Below are positions 1 to 13,259 of a stretch of 64,000 bases of DNA, piece after piece. The stretch is taken from positions 145,328,001 through 145,392,000 of the forward strand of contig OZ024742.1 of the NCBI GenBank assembly GCA_964016885.1, read 5' to 3'. Positions within the stretch are counted from its first letter, which is position 1. Each line of letters begins with the position of its first letter. The notes under the pieces are model-generated. The model was not told the DNA's origin. It made no database searches and worked only from the letters and a program-made list of their open reading frames with translations. The translations under genes were made by a program, and so were the position numbers. This DNA comes from Eledone cirrhosa. Its lineage: Eukaryota.

Positions 1-302
1 GTTACTCCAAAGACCCTTCGGAGGAATCCCATTTCTGCCACTTTTATTTGCAATTGTATTCTTCTGGTCATTACTCAAGATTCATGATCCTCGGTAAGAG
101 TTGGCAGGAATACCAGGAAGACAGCGAGTTTGGCTTTTACACCTACCTCCCTTCATTTGATTGCTAGAGGCTGAGGCTGGCGCTTTACTGCATCAGCTTT
201 TACAATTCTTGCACTTAATTCAGCCTCCTGCATTCCATCACTCATGAACACGGCTCCAAGATACTTGAACCTCTCTAACTGCTTCAGTAGAACTCCATTT
301 AC
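1..302 (-). mobile_element. RTE-clade LINE fragment (post-RT region), decayed
   Basis: Minus-strand translation QIYIHVNGVLLKQLERFKYLGAVFMSDG..EAELSARI and later AEMGFLRRVFGV. The FKYLG and AEM.FLRR motifs are typical of RTE ORF2; stops and frameshifts are present. Confidence 0.75.
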
Positions 303-516
303 ATGTATATAAATTTGAGGGACTTCTGTCCACCTGTCCATCACGCAATGTGTATGTGTGTTTGTGTGAATGTATGTGTGTGTAAAAGGAAGGAAAAGGA
401 TACACACATATATATGTCTAACTTAAAAATAGTGACACATACACGTGTCTCTAATTTAAGAATGACGACAAACTCACGCGCGCGCGCGTGCACATACACA
501 CACTGTTCTATTACCA

Positions 517-925
517 CTCAAGAGCTTTGGCCCGGGCAAACATCCCTTCAATTTTGGAACCGTCTGTGTTGTCTTGAATTGATGGGAAAAGACTTGACGG
601 TCTTACTCTGTGCTCCTGGTCACTCTTTTGCTTCTTCCTATATTCTGCAGAGGTAAGGGTGAGAGCTACAGCATCCGCTGCTGAACGGAACAATATCCTA
701 AAATACCGTGTTCTGTCAGCTAACTACATTATCCAGCCTGTGGTGTTTGAGACGTTTTGGGGAGTCGGGCTACTGACATTGAGGTTCTTATCTTCACTGG
801 CGGCTCGCCAAACAGAGGTAACTGGTGATGCTCGTGAGGGTACTTGGTTGTTCCAGCACCTCAGCCTCGCCATCACCCCAGGTAACGCTGTGAGCATGCT
901 GGTTTGCCTCAAAAATTATTAGACA
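517..925 (+). mobile_element. CRE-like non-LTR retrotransposon 3' fragment (restriction-like endonuclease region)
   Basis: Across frames: LEPSVLS..DGKRLDGLTL..W, ASAAERN..LKY, QPVVFETFWGVG, WLFQHLSLAITPGNAVSML. This resembles the RPDG...AE..K..KY...P...ET.G...QRLS....GNA pattern of CRE-type RLE domains. Confidence 0.65.
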
Positions 926-1452
926 GGTTTCCCAGTGCTCCTCACTATATTGCTATCTAATGCTCGGGTAATTGCTGGCCTTGTGCCAAAAGTAGAAACA
1001 ATTATTTATTCAAAGTAATCCAACTTATTTTACTAACTGGATTAAAAGAAATAAACCGTACACAGTCCTGCAGACCTTACTTTATTATAGTTTAGATTAT
1101 GTTGGAAGGTTTTAATTTAAATCAGAACCATTTAAAATGATTGGGCTTGTTCCTTAAAAGCAGAAACAGTTTTGGACAGATTGAATTATAGGAATATTAT
1201 ATCAACCCCAGTATTTGACTGGTACTTTATTTTGTTGACCTTGTGGTTTATTTCTGGATACTTAATCAGTTCTTAACTGAATTTAAGCTTACTAGGCTCC
1301 ATAATGTCTTCAATATTTATAGTTATGATTCTTCATAAAGATCTTATGCTAATTTGGAATCTCTGTTGACTGACATATAATCATATTTAAATAACTACTG
1401 ATAAATTCTGAAATAATATTAAAATTTGTGCTTTCTTATCCCATGTCTCCAG

Positions 1453-1571
1453 GAACTTCCTAAATATCTTCGAGGTTATCACAAATGCACTAAAGAGGAT
1501 GCTGCCCTGCTAGCTTCTCTGATTTACAGAGTCAAGTATGGTGAAGACAGAACCCATCTTCAAAGTATCTC
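1453..1571 (+). CDS. MYO7A: Myosin VIIa, C-terminal FERM region exon ([39 protein letters not shown])
   Basis: ag|...|gtaag boundaries; peptide matches the MYO7[13 protein letters not shown] motif. Upstream exons lie outside the window. Confidence 0.93.
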
Positions 1572-1679
1572 GTAAGTTAAATATTCCAGATTAATCTTTT
1601 TGTTTTATTTCTTTTTTCATGTGTTCATATTTATATTATGTAATTTAAGTAAGCATTTCATTATTTCAGATTTTCCTAG

Positions 1680-1900
1680 GGTGGTCGATTGGCAGTGTCG
1701 GTAAGGTCTCAGACAACATGCTTTGTGGCATAGAGTTACAACCCTTTGCGTTCTGAGTTCAAATCCTGCTGAGGCTGGCTATGCCTTTCATCCTTGTGGA
1801 GTTGATAAAATAAAATATCAGTAATAATCTGGGTTCAATTTAATAGACTTTCCCCTTCCCCCCAAATTGTTGGCCTTGTGCCTGAATCAGAAACCACTAT
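1680..1900 (+). mobile_element. tRNA-derived SINE copy (family with GAGTTCAAATCC...GCCTTTCATCC...GATAAAATAAAGTACCAG core)
   Basis: A-box-like TGGCAGTGTCGG, B-box GTTCAAATCC, and a conserved core shared with many other copies in the window. Confidence 0.8.
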
Positions 1901-2011
1901 TTCAAATTTCCTTGATATTTTTCTCTATATTTTGATATATATTTAAATTTCTTCCACGTACTTTCTAAGAAATCAAAATATCTTTAACCCTTCCATTATT
2001 ATATTTCTAAT

Positions 2012-2195
2012 GTTGGATTGGCAATATCAGTAGAGGGTCGGACATGCTTTCCAGCATAGTTACGTCCCTTTACGAAGTGAGTTCAAATCCCGCCGAGGTT
2101 AACTTTGCCTTTCATCCTTACGGGATCGATAAAATAAAGTACCAGTAATGTATTGGGTAATTGCTGGCCTTGTGCCAAAAGTAGAAACAATTATT
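2012..2195 (+). mobile_element. tRNA-derived SINE copy (same family)
   Basis: Near-identical to 39947-40125 and to the reverse complement of 27190-27362. Confidence 0.82.
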
Positions 2196-2698
2196 ATATT
2201 TCTAATGAAATACTTTGTATTTTGATTAATTAATTAAGAATTTTGAAAGGATTTATTATAATTATAATTTTATTAAGATGGTATTTGCAAATAAAAAAAA
2301 TGTTCTTATATAAAATTATGTTAGAAAGATTTAATATATATAGGAAGCCTTTAAAATGAGTAATTTTGTTTCATGGAAGCAGAGTCAGTTTGGGGTTGGT
2401 TGATGCCAAACTGCTTGAAACTAGCCCTGGTTTTATTATACAAAACTGTATATTTTGAGGTTTTTATATTCATCTAAAAACCTTCCATCATAATTTTATC
2501 TATGAATGTTTGTTTCCAAACACCAGATTAATACCGAGAAAGTTAGTTATATTATTAAACCACTCCAAATTCTTGATTATTTTCAATATAAATATTGTAA
2601 TGACAGGGTTAATATATGTATTAATCTGTGATATTAGAAATATAAATATTGTCTTATATCATCAAAAAGTATTATTGTATTCTCTTTTAAACTTTCAG

Positions 2699-2765
2699 GA
2701 AAAGTCCCAGGGAATACATATCTGCTGATTTAATTAAGACACAATCTCAAGATGATTGGAAGAGG
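2699..2765 (+). CDS. MYO7A: Myosin VIIa exon (KSPREYISADLIKTQSQDDWKR)
   Basis: tttcag|...|gtaag; phase-compatible with flanking exons; DDWKR matches MYO7A. Confidence 0.9.
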
Positions 2766-3235
2766 GTAAGCATACTGTAATTTAAAAAAAATAAAATTCA
2801 CAGATGTCGCAGTCTATCTTTCATTTAATAGTTAACAGTGGTAGTAGCTATCTGAACTTCTTCCAGCTCATTCCCCACTTGATTAGGTTACCTAGTTAAC
2901 AAAAGCAGCCCACAACTTCTAGAGATCCTTCTACACAGTTAAAAGAATCTATTTTGCATGTGTTTTTAGTGCTTATTTCTCCTTTACATCTGCTACGTAC
3001 AAAATCTATCTTCTCTGTTGATATGCCTGTAATCCCACTACATCTCTTGTGCATCTCTATATTACACTATGTGCACATTATGGAGCTTCTGCTCACACCT
3101 TTTTGACATGTCCTATGAAGGTCAACATTTGCCTTCCATCCTTTCAGGAGTGATGAAATAAAGTTAATTTAATTGACTCTAGCCATTATATATTATTTCA
3201 TAACTATAAATATTTATTTGAATTTACTTCTTCAG

Positions 3236-3352
3236 CAAATTATAACAAATTACAATGCAGCTGCTGGAATGACTGAACAAGCAGCTAAAATTGAATTCCT
3301 CAAGAAAATTGCCACTTGGGCCACTTTTGGATCTGCTTTCTTTGAAGTAAAA
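3236..3352 (+). CDS. MYO7A: Myosin VIIa exon (QIITNYNAAAGMTEQAAKIEFLKKIATWATFGSAFFEVK)
   Basis: ttcag|...|gtgag; W.TFGSAFFEVK FERM motif. Confidence 0.93.
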
Positions 3353-3609
3353 GTGAGTTTGTTTTTTTCATTTAGTTTACATTTTGGTTTTAAAAAAAAC
3401 TGAAATGAGCCAAAATATTTCCTTTCATATTTTTACACTCTAAATATAAGATTTGACTTGGTAATTCAACTCTTCGACCATAGATGTTGATAGGATATAG
3501 TAAATTAGAATTTATTGATTATTTCTATGTATGAACACTTGTTTAGTCTTTAATTGAAACAATTTTTACTGTAAAAAAAAAAGTTCAAAACCTTAAGTTG
3601 AAAAGAGAG

Positions 3610-4370
3610 TGTGTATTTGGTACCTAGTCAACTCGGATTTTAATTCTTCTTGAAATTATTCATCAGGCCCAATACAGTTTATGCTATATGCACTATTGTG
3701 AAACTGTCAACAACTTATAGACATTTGGAAATATTTGAGCAATTGCTGACTCCCTGATTCCCCATATACCATGTTTATTTATGGATATTTTTGTACTGGA
3801 AGGTGTTCATAATACAGAGCCCATTACTAGAACAGATGTTTAATAAGGCCCCTCCATCTGTATTTAGATCGTGATCGCTGTTTTTTCCAATCACTCTTTT
3901 CTATGTCAAGGGGTCAGTGCCAACATGTGCATTGAAGTCTACCATTAGGATATATGACTCAGCCTTAACTACATCTAATGCTGCAGTGACTTCATCAAGG
4001 AAAGATCTGTATTTGGACTCTGTTTGGTGCATAAACTTGCACCACCCACAGAAGTCTTTCTTTCAACCTAAGCTTCAAGAGACAAATCCTCCCTCCCAAT
4101 GAGATCCAGTTCATAACACATTTTGACAGTTGGGGGGGTTGTGAGTATCCCCATTTCGTACTATTTTGTCAGTTCTAGGGCTACACCTGAATAGTAGAGT
4201 TTCCATTCTCCATCCAAATCTACAGTACCAGAGCCACAGAACTTTGTTGAGGAAATTCTGACTATATCTAGCTGGTAGCATCTAGCCTCCTCCACTAGTT
4301 CCTGCTCCTTACCTGTAAGGGTTGTAACATTCCATTTATCAATTGTCAAGATTTGCTCCATTCTGGGCCC
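3610..4370 (-). mobile_element. RTE-like LINE AP-endonuclease fragment, decayed
   Basis: ORF 4161-4361 WNVTTLTGKEQELVEEARCYQLDIVRISSTK..GSG...WKLYYSGV is an APE N-terminus; outer boundaries are approximate. Confidence 0.7.
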
Positions 4371-5002
4371 TCATAGGGGCCTTGGGATACATAACCTTTG
4401 TGCATCCATCCCATGCCTCCCAGAACAAGTCACAGGACCATCGCCAGTTCTTGCAACATTGGCTGGAGACTGTAATATATTTTTTTAACAGGTCCCTCTA
4501 CATAAGGCTTGAATATGTCCCTTGTGATTCCACATGAAGGATTATGCAGTATAACTACCTTTATTGTTTCTGACCATATTGCAGTGTTTTGGTGTTCTTA
4601 TTCATGCCAGTCACCAATTTGGTACCTTTCTCAGACCTGTGAAAACTAGGCTTTATTTAGAAGTGGCCTTTGCTTGCATCATCATAATTATATCACTGTG
4701 TTGTGAGAGTTTTCTTGGGAACTATCTATGTCACCCATTGCTCTATCTCCCCTATTAGTTTACTGCTGTTGGTCTGGGATTGCTTATTTGTCTGGCGGGG
4801 GCCTGCTTCTATTGCAACTAACCATCATATCTGGAGGCTGTATCCACTACCTGTGACCTGTTCTCTTGCAGAATAGCTCTGCCAAGAAATTTTCATTAAT
4901 TTATATTTTTTTGTAATTTCTCACAAATCTTACTTATTGAACTATAAACAACGTTTTCGTGATGTTAGCCATAAAATAAATATAATGTTTCTATATTAAC
5001 AG

Positions 5003-5086
5003 CAAAACATGGTGGCTAACTATCCTGAAGTGCTTCTAATTGCTATCAACAAGAATGGAGTTAATTTGATACATCCAAGTACAAAA
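5003..5086 (+). CDS. MYO7A: Myosin VIIa exon ([28 protein letters not shown])
   Basis: aacag|...|gtaag; PE.LLIAINK.GV.LI.P.TK matches MYO7A. Confidence 0.93.
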
Positions 5087-5429
5087 GTAAGTTCTACAAA
5101 CATTCTTCCACTCTAATATTCCAACACAAAACTCTGCTTTGAAGATTTTTCATATTGGCCACCTAACATTTCTATGTATAGAATAGTTTGTTTTTTTTTC
5201 TTTTTCTTGTTAGGTTAATATATATCTTAAGACAGTGCTATAAAAATTAACCAACAAAAATCTGAGCTAAATGAAGATTAGATCTTTTCTTTTTAATTCT
5301 GCTGCTAATAATGCTTGACATTTCATATAAGTTCATTCGTATTGGAAGAAAATGAAAAGACTTGCAAGTTCTAAGGATTCTTTACTTGTTTACAATTCAA
5401 CATTATTGTTCAGTCAAGCAGTTAAAATA

Positions 5430-5600
5430 ATTGTTTCTACTTTTGGCACAAAGCCAGCAATTACCCAGTACATTACTGGTGCTTTATTTTATCGACCCCG
5501 TAAGGATGAAAGGCAAAGTTAACCTCGGCGGGATTTGAACTCAGATCGTAAAGGGACGTAACTCTTTGTGTCAAAGCATGGCATCCGACCCTCTATATTA
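5430..5600 (-). mobile_element. tRNA-derived SINE copy (same family)
   Basis: Reverse complement of the SINE consensus (…GGATGAAAGGCAAAGTTAACCTCGGCGGGATTTGAACTC…). Confidence 0.8.
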
Positions 5601-6945
5601 GCTATTACAACACAATTGTTGACATTTGAATAATTTAATTTTTTACACAAAGAACTCTTTAAATAAGGTGAAAAATAGCTATAAATAATTTTCCACCACC
5701 ACACATTGATAATTTATGCAATATATGGTTACATCTTTTTACATTAATCTTTTATTTTGTTTTTGTCTGATATGTAATTGATAACTTTACTGCAGTATAC
5801 ATTTCAGATTCTCCTGTTTTTTAAATGCTAAGCATTACCTATTCCATCTACAACAAATTTAATATTTACCATGTATCAGCTAATGAGTTTTTGCCTGTGA
5901 GATTAAGGTTCTTGTCTGATTATTGACTAGAGAGTTCATTAGTTCTAACCCCACTACTAGCACCCATTAATTTGCCAATGAGAAAAATACTTGACTCTAC
6001 TTGTATGAATTTTTGTTTGACTTGATCAAGTTCCACTCCTATTTCACAGTTAGCAATATGAAAGACATTCAACAGTTTTTAAATATGTTCATTAAGCTGT
6101 GATACCTTTGCCATTAATATGATAAATGATATCTCCATATCTTACAGGTTCTAATAAAGTTGATTTTTTTTCTCATTTTCCATAGCATGACCATATGCTC
6201 AACCTGCTTGCTATAAGTAACAGCCAAATCTCCCTCAAACTAAACAAAAAAGAACACATTTTATAATATACTTAAAAGTAGAGGATAGTAATAACTGAAT
6301 GATCATGTTTCTCAATCCGGACTAACCTGTGATTAAACAACAAAAACATTCTATTCCCAGATTTTGAGCAACACACCTACTCTAGAAACTGCCAGATGTC
6401 TGTATTAGATATGCAATCATAACCCCTGAATTGATAAGCCAATATGCTATTTATACATTCATAAAGCAACACTAGAAAACCACTTGAAATGATGGATTAT
6501 TTGGCCCACAAATCATGGCTTTAAACTTGATCTTAAAGAAATATTATTCTGTTAAACTGCCAAATTCTCTTGTACTTAAAAGTCCTGCAATTATTTTTGT
6601 GAACCATAGAACATATTTGTTAGGGTAAATGTATGTGAAAACATTTTCTTTTTTAAGATGGATGAATTTTCCATACTGATTGATCTGTTTTAAACCAACA
6701 GTTAGGTAGGTGATGATTTATAGCCTAATGAAATCTTCCAATAATTGAAGAGTGAAATTAATAAAACTGATATTTAGTGTTGTTTCATAAGCTAGTGGGC
6801 TTATAATAAATGAGAAAACAGAGTAAAATATGGGTATAATGCTAAAGAAGATAGAGCATAATACTGTTTAGCATGGAGTCTTACAATAACCAGAAAGATA
6901 AAACTGTTCTAATATGAATATATCCATTTTTTTCCTCTTTTGTAG

Positions 6946-7065
6946 GATGTACTTGCAACACATCCATTTACCAAGATTTCTAACTGGAGTAGTGGCAACT
7001 GTTACTTCCATATGACCATTGGCAATTTAATTAGAGGAAATAAACTTCTCTGCGAAACACAAATG
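6946..7065 (+). CDS. MYO7A: Myosin VIIa exon ([40 protein letters not shown])
   Basis: tgtag|...|gtaaa; [29 protein letters not shown] is diagnostic of MYO7A. Confidence 0.95.
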
Positions 7066-7734
7066 GTAAATATAGAAATACTATTTTGTCTTTACTTTTC
7101 TTTTGCATTATTTTCTTTTGTTTTATTTTATTTTAATCTTTTGTAAAAAGAAATACAAGTCTGGAATATTTTAGTCAAAAGGAGTCATGGTTGTTTTCTA
7201 ATCAGATAATTTTGTTGCATTTTACTATTGACCAAAGTAATGCCATATCTAACCAGTTGATTGATCTAGGTAATGCTGTGTATGACCACCTGGGTGACTA
7301 ACATTTATGTATTAATTAGAAGTGAAGTAATGTTAAAAATGTGCATTTTGAGTAAATGATAACATATTCTCAAAAACTTTGCTATGCTATAAATCTTGCC
7401 TTTAAACAGGAAACGAATTGTAGACCTGTTTACAGAATCCTTCCCTTCTATCATGGTACCTCCCTCATCGACATGATGTATTCTAGTAGCCCCAATCACT
7501 GACCTAGCTTTTAAGCTCATTTTTCTATTCAAGATAGCTAATCTTGAGCAATTACTACAAATATTGAGGCAATTGAACCCTATCAAGGTTTTTTATACTT
7601 AGCAATTACCTGTCAATTCCTAGTGTTTTGCATATGCCCAGAGTCCTATAGATTTATGTCATCTCTCCAATGCTTTGACAACCTAATCTTTGGTAAACTT
7701 GAATGCTTAGTCAATGTCAGATTTTCTCCAGAGT

Positions 7735-8307
7735 CTAATGACCAACTGATGTCTGAGGGGGACTGAAATGTCACTGTGGTAGGCTCCTTGACTCCGCAGT
7801 TCCACATGGTTTGTCATGCCATTTGAATGCTGATCGCTTTGTTCACCATATTGAGCTAAACTTAATTCTTAAGTGAGCCCTGGCTTGGATAAATATCCCC
7901 TCAATTCTAGAGCTGGCTGAATTTTCCAGAGTTGATGAGGAGAGACCAGATAATTTTTACCCCTTGTACCTGGGTAAGAGGTAGATGTCTCATTTGGGAG
8001 GCCACAGTCAGTGACTCTTTCACCCCTTCCCATATCCTGGATGCTGCAGTAAATATGAAGGTCATTGCTTCTATAGCCAAATGGAAAATTTTTTTAAATA
8101 CTGGGAATTTTTTTTTCTAGCCTCTGGCATTCGAAATGTTTGGAGGAGCTGGGCCACTGATAACAAAGTTCTTGTCGTTGTTGGCGGCTCACCATATAGA
8201 GGTATCACGTGATGCCCGTGAGTGTGCTTGGTTGTTCCAGTGCCTTAGCCTCACTATTCCCCATAGTAATGCTGCCTGTGTGTTAGCTTAACTCAAAAAA
8301 TATTAGA
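7735..8307 (+). mobile_element. CRE-like RLE retrotransposon 3' fragment, decayed
   Basis: W.RGRCLIWEATVSDSFTPS and a 3' end (GATGCCCGTGAGTGTGCTTGGTTGTTCCAG...AAAAAATATTAGA) homologous to 826-923. Confidence 0.6.
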
Positions 8308-9932
8308 GGGAGACTCTGGCATCCCTTGCAGTGTGTGACTGTTAGTGTTAACTTGATATTTTCTTTTGCTTTCTACATTTTCATATGAAAAGTGTAATTT
8401 AATTAAGCAATAGAGATATATGTGTGTGTATGTGTTGAAGTTTGACAGTTATGGCAGTTGTGTTTGTAATTTCAAGATAATCTATATTATCAGCATATTT
8501 TTTTGGGGAAAAATGCGAACTTTGCTATTATGTAATTTTATGTACATCGTTTATTTCGATATAAAAAAGACAATGGAAAAAATGTTAAGATGTAAATTCT
8601 TTAAGAATTGATCAACCAGTATTTTTGGTTAACTGAGGTCTTCAATATGGCTTAGTAATTTAGAAAATAACTTTGATAGAGTTTTCATTTGGGGAATTAA
8701 GGAGACAAAGGATTCTGAATGGAAAACGGAAAAGATTTTAAGGAATTTATGCATAACTTATATGAAAAAGATGTTATAGTTAAATATCACCCATAGAGTT
8801 GGTTATTAGTTTAATTTTTTTAATTTACTTAGTCAGAATGAAAAAGCATCTTTCACACTGGTGAGATTGATATTCAGCTTGAATTTCTATAGGTGATAAC
8901 TACAAAGAAATATTTGGACATGTAAAGAATTGTAGGAGTTTACATATTTGATAAAGATTAATTGGGAAAAGGTTGAGTGCAGGATTAGGGAAATATGATA
9001 CAGTAGGGATGATGAAAGGAAGAGAAAGAGAGTGAGTGAGAATGCAGTTAGTGTTTCAGTAGTAATTAGATGAGACTCAGATAAGACATTGCATATTTGA
9101 GTTAGTGATTCTCATGTATTTATGAACATTAATATCTGATAAATGGTTAAAGGAATAAAACATCAAAATTAAAGAAAATATGTATGCATGGTCTCGTAAC
9201 CCCTGAAGGAGTCATGGGGTTACCATACAGTGTTTCTAGGGCATTTTAAGCCTGGCAGAGCCCATCCATCTCCCTGTCTGAATACAGCAGATTTCTTCCA
9301 GAGACGAGTAGAAAGTGAAAGAGAGGAAGTGAGAAAGAGATAGAGATGAAGAATCGACCCCAGGATTAGACTGGTATCTTTTTTATCAACCTCAAAAGGA
9401 TGAAAGGCAAAATTGACTTTTGCTGGATTTGAACAGAGAGAGCTGAGAGCTGGAACGAATACCATAAAGCATCTTATCCCATGTTCTAATAACTCTGCCA
9501 ATTCATCACTTAGAGAAAATATAGTTTCAGTATTTAATAACTATGTATGAGGTAATACATAGTTGACTTCCCATGCTGAGTAAAATTGATACAATGAAAG
9601 ATATGTATAAGGTAAAGTGTTCAAACAAAAGCTTTAGATACCCAGTGGAGAAATGTTGCTGGCAAACATCAGTTCAATCATAGAGAACTATTGGGAAAAT
9701 GTTACAGGCAAATATCAGTTTAAGAAAGTCCACAATTTGCCAAAAACTTGCCATTATATCAAATGACTGCAATAATTATAATATTCAAATCCAGTACTGT
9801 GATTTAACAGTCTGTAATTATTGAGTTTTTTTTTTGTTTTGTTTTTTTTGTTTTTTTAACTATTATTATGAGGGATTATGTTCAGTGCTTAAACTATACC
9901 TATGGTTCATTTATCATTTTCCTCTATTTTAG

Positions 9933-10019
9933 GGATACAAGATGGATGATCTGCTCACTTCATACATCAGTTTAATGCTGACCAATATGAATAAGTTGAA
10001 GCCAAAATCATCCTCATAA
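9933..10019 (+). CDS. MYO7A: Myosin VIIa terminal coding exon (GYKMDDLLTSYISLMLTNMNKLKPKSSS*)
   Basis: tttag| acceptor; GYKMDDLLTSYIS is the conserved MYO7A C-terminus; TAA at 10017-10019; AATAAA at 10098 and 10115. Confidence 0.95.
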   Translation, partial: GYKMDDLLTSYISLMLTNMNKLKPKSSS

Positions 10020-11814
10020 ATTGGTGCAAAATTTTTTACAATGGCCTTATAGATTGAAATCTAAAATGTCTCTGCAGTAAACTGTTTATAGCTTTGAAAT
10101 AAATCAATTGCTGCAATAAAGATATATCACATTCCCACCTTACAGATTACTGACTGCCCTCAGATGAATGAATACAGAAAATATTTTAGCTAATCAACAA
10201 GAGGAATCTGAGTGTATTAAATGTTTTCCTATTTTTATATCAACTTTTTTTTATTTTCTTCATAATTTCTTCTTTCAATATTTCTCATCACTAAATTTGA
10301 AATTGAAGAGTTATTTTTAAATAATATATAATTCAATATCAGCATTTTTTACAGTTTCTGCCGTGTTTTAGAGGCACTAAAATAGGATTTTTAAAACAAC
10401 TTTGTTCTAACATTTAAAAAATCCCAAGTCCTCAAATTAGTTACCATTTTAATCATTACAAATATTACAAGCTTAATTATAAAAAAATCCATAAGTTTTA
10501 GTTGTTTTTTTTATTAACATCGAAGCAGACATTGTGATTAGGCAGCTGGATTATTAATAGTCAGTAGTTTATATTCAACTGCTGCTTGTTATAAAGTCTT
10601 TACTAACAACTTGCATCGACCGCTAATGTTTTGTTTTAAACAAAATAGCATTAAAACGGCAGGTATGACAAGAGACACTTCAATGGTATTTCTATTTCAA
10701 CCTCTTCATATCTTAAGCTTTGGCTATCTAAATAACTACATTTTACTATCTGATTTTACAATACCTAAAACTAGAGTATTTTGTAAAATATTTTTAAGTA
10801 ATAGGTTTCCAGGATATTTTTAATTGGTTTTTCTCAGGCAATATGAGGAATAATTATTAATTAATCAATGATAACGTGTAATTAAAAGATAGCTTGAGGA
10901 ATTGTTTGATATTCATTGTTTAAAGCTCGGGGCAATCTTAAATGAAATCACAACTAATGAAATTTTCTGCTGTGTTATATATCCTTTCAATGAACAAATT
11001 TTTAAAGGGTTGAAGAAAGCTGAGCCAGATTTTACTGCTTCCACAATTTTCTTCTTCTGCCAGCTTTCTCTTTAACCATTCTATTACCTAACATAGCACC
11101 CTTGTGCATACTCTTCTCTTGTATATCATGGTCTGTATATTTAGTCTCAGATAGTTGCTGTGCCCTTCTGAAATATTCGTACAATTAACATTTATAAAAT
11201 TTGCTTCAATAAATATAAATGTTCAAAACTATTTTTGATATTCAGTATTTTTTCTTTATATGATAATTTGTTTTTGTTTAGCATCAAATCAATTCCTATT
11301 GAACAGTCATCCCCCATTGAGCAGATCTATGATCAAAGGCATTCAAGCCATGACCATTCTATTATTTTTGTTTTTTTTAGAACAAAATTATCCAGTGTCC
11401 ATGATTCCTCAAATTTTGGTGGAGTTATAGAAATGTAATCATGATATATAGCATATCTGAGGCATTTTAAACTTGAGAGGCCTATCCCTCTCTAAGTTTG
11501 ACCACAGCTGATTTCTTTTAGATTGAAAAAAAAAGAAAAGAATCAACCCCTGTACTGTTCATTGATCCTGAAATGATGAAAGGCAAAATAAATTTTGACA
11601 TAACTGGGATGACTTTGATCATATTTGTGCTCGAATAGGGGTAGCCCGTGGCTAAATAACAAACACCATTGATGACAATGTTAACAATGAAAGAACTTTC
11701 ACATCAGTTTACCCAAGTTTTTAAGACTACTGTTCCCCTTTTAGAGAATATATCAGCACTCTGAAAATCGTTTGTAAGAGGAATATCTTTCTTATTAAAT
11801 GTCTGGAAAATAAT

Positions 11815-12020
11815 TGTATTTTTGGCACAGGGCCAGCAATTTGAAGGGAAGGAGAGAATCAATTAAATTGACCTCAGTGTGTTACTGGTACTTTATTTTA
11901 TCAACCCCATAAGTATGAAAGGCAAAGCTAACATCAGCAGGATTTGAACTCAGAACATAAAGGGCCATCACACTACAAAGCATGGTGACATGCTCTACCA
12001 ACACTGCTACTCCACCACCT
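11815..12020 (-). mobile_element. tRNA-derived SINE copy (same family, older)
   Basis: Reverse-complement match to the SINE core and head. Confidence 0.7.
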
Positions 12021-12836
12021 TATATCTGGCAAATAATAACTCTTAAAACATTTTCTTTTCCTTTATAAACCAAAAACCAAATGTAAGCTAACTAAGCTAA
12101 CAATGAAGCTTCATTCTCTGGTAAAGCTGATTCATTGAGTTCTAATAAAATTTGGGCAGTCCCTTGAAAATTACAGATGTCTTCTACAATTCATCAATTC
12201 ATTCTTATATTGTATCATTGCTCAAAAAATATAATTGGCTATTTCAGTTACTGGTTTGATGGATACTGTATGTAGAACCTCAATAAGAACTGGTAGAATT
12301 CCTCCAATTGTATATGTCTTTCTGGATTTCGTAATCAGTAAAGAATTTTATAAGGGGCACATAACCCATAATTTTCTTACCTTGATGCCAATGAAAACAT
12401 ACTTAACATCAGATGTTTGAAATGTTTTAAAATAAAATATATCTTTCTTGTCAGCATGAATTTTTTCAAGTATACTTCTATTTTTCAAGGTTCCATAGAC
12501 TCATAAGAAAGCAAATTAGGCATAGTGGTAATATTTTGGTTGCAGATGATGAAATAAAACCATATCTAAATATGATACTTTACTACCTATATTCCTTATT
12601 TGGTTCTGTCTATAATATACCATTATAATATATATATATATGTATGTATATATATATATATGGACAAGCTCCACAACTGATCTCCCTCGTGGTGCTGTGT
12701 TGCCCCCATGACAAAAAAAGCAATAAGTCCACCCTGTAAGGTGGCTGTGACACAAGAAAAAAAAAACAATCAATTCAACCTATAAAGCTGTCGTGTTGGA
12801 GACATGATAAACAGTGCCCAGTTTAGCCAGATGGAG

Positions 12837-13250
12837 GAACCTCTTGTAGTTGTTTCACTAAGAAGAGGGCATCTGTTGTACTTTCCCCAAGCACAAAACC
12901 AAACTGCACCTCATCTATTTTTATCCTTTCTCTAATTAGTTGTGCTAGTACTCTTTCTGTCACTTTCATAACCCGATCCATCAGTTTTATGCCCCAATAA
13001 TTGCTCCTCTCCAGAACATCCCCTTTAACTTTGTAGCAATTTACAAGAATACTGCTGCACCAGTCTTTGGGTATGACTCTGCCATATGTAACTTGATTGA
13101 CTATGCGTGCAACCACTTTAGTTCCTACTTCTCCTGAAGTCTTCAGCAACTATCCTTTATGGTCCAGCAGCCTTACCACATTTCATTTCCTTAATTGCCT
13201 CTTTGACCCTTTGGTCGTCAATCTCAATAGCTGGTCCCTCCGTTGAGGTC
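12837..13250 (-). mobile_element. Inverted RT segment of the adjacent RTE LINE
   Basis: ORF 12823-13149 (IPKDW..SILV...KGD....NY.GIKL...QFGF....STTDA) is the reverse complement of 13584-13982. Confidence 0.8.
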
Positions 13251-13259
13251 CCTCAATTG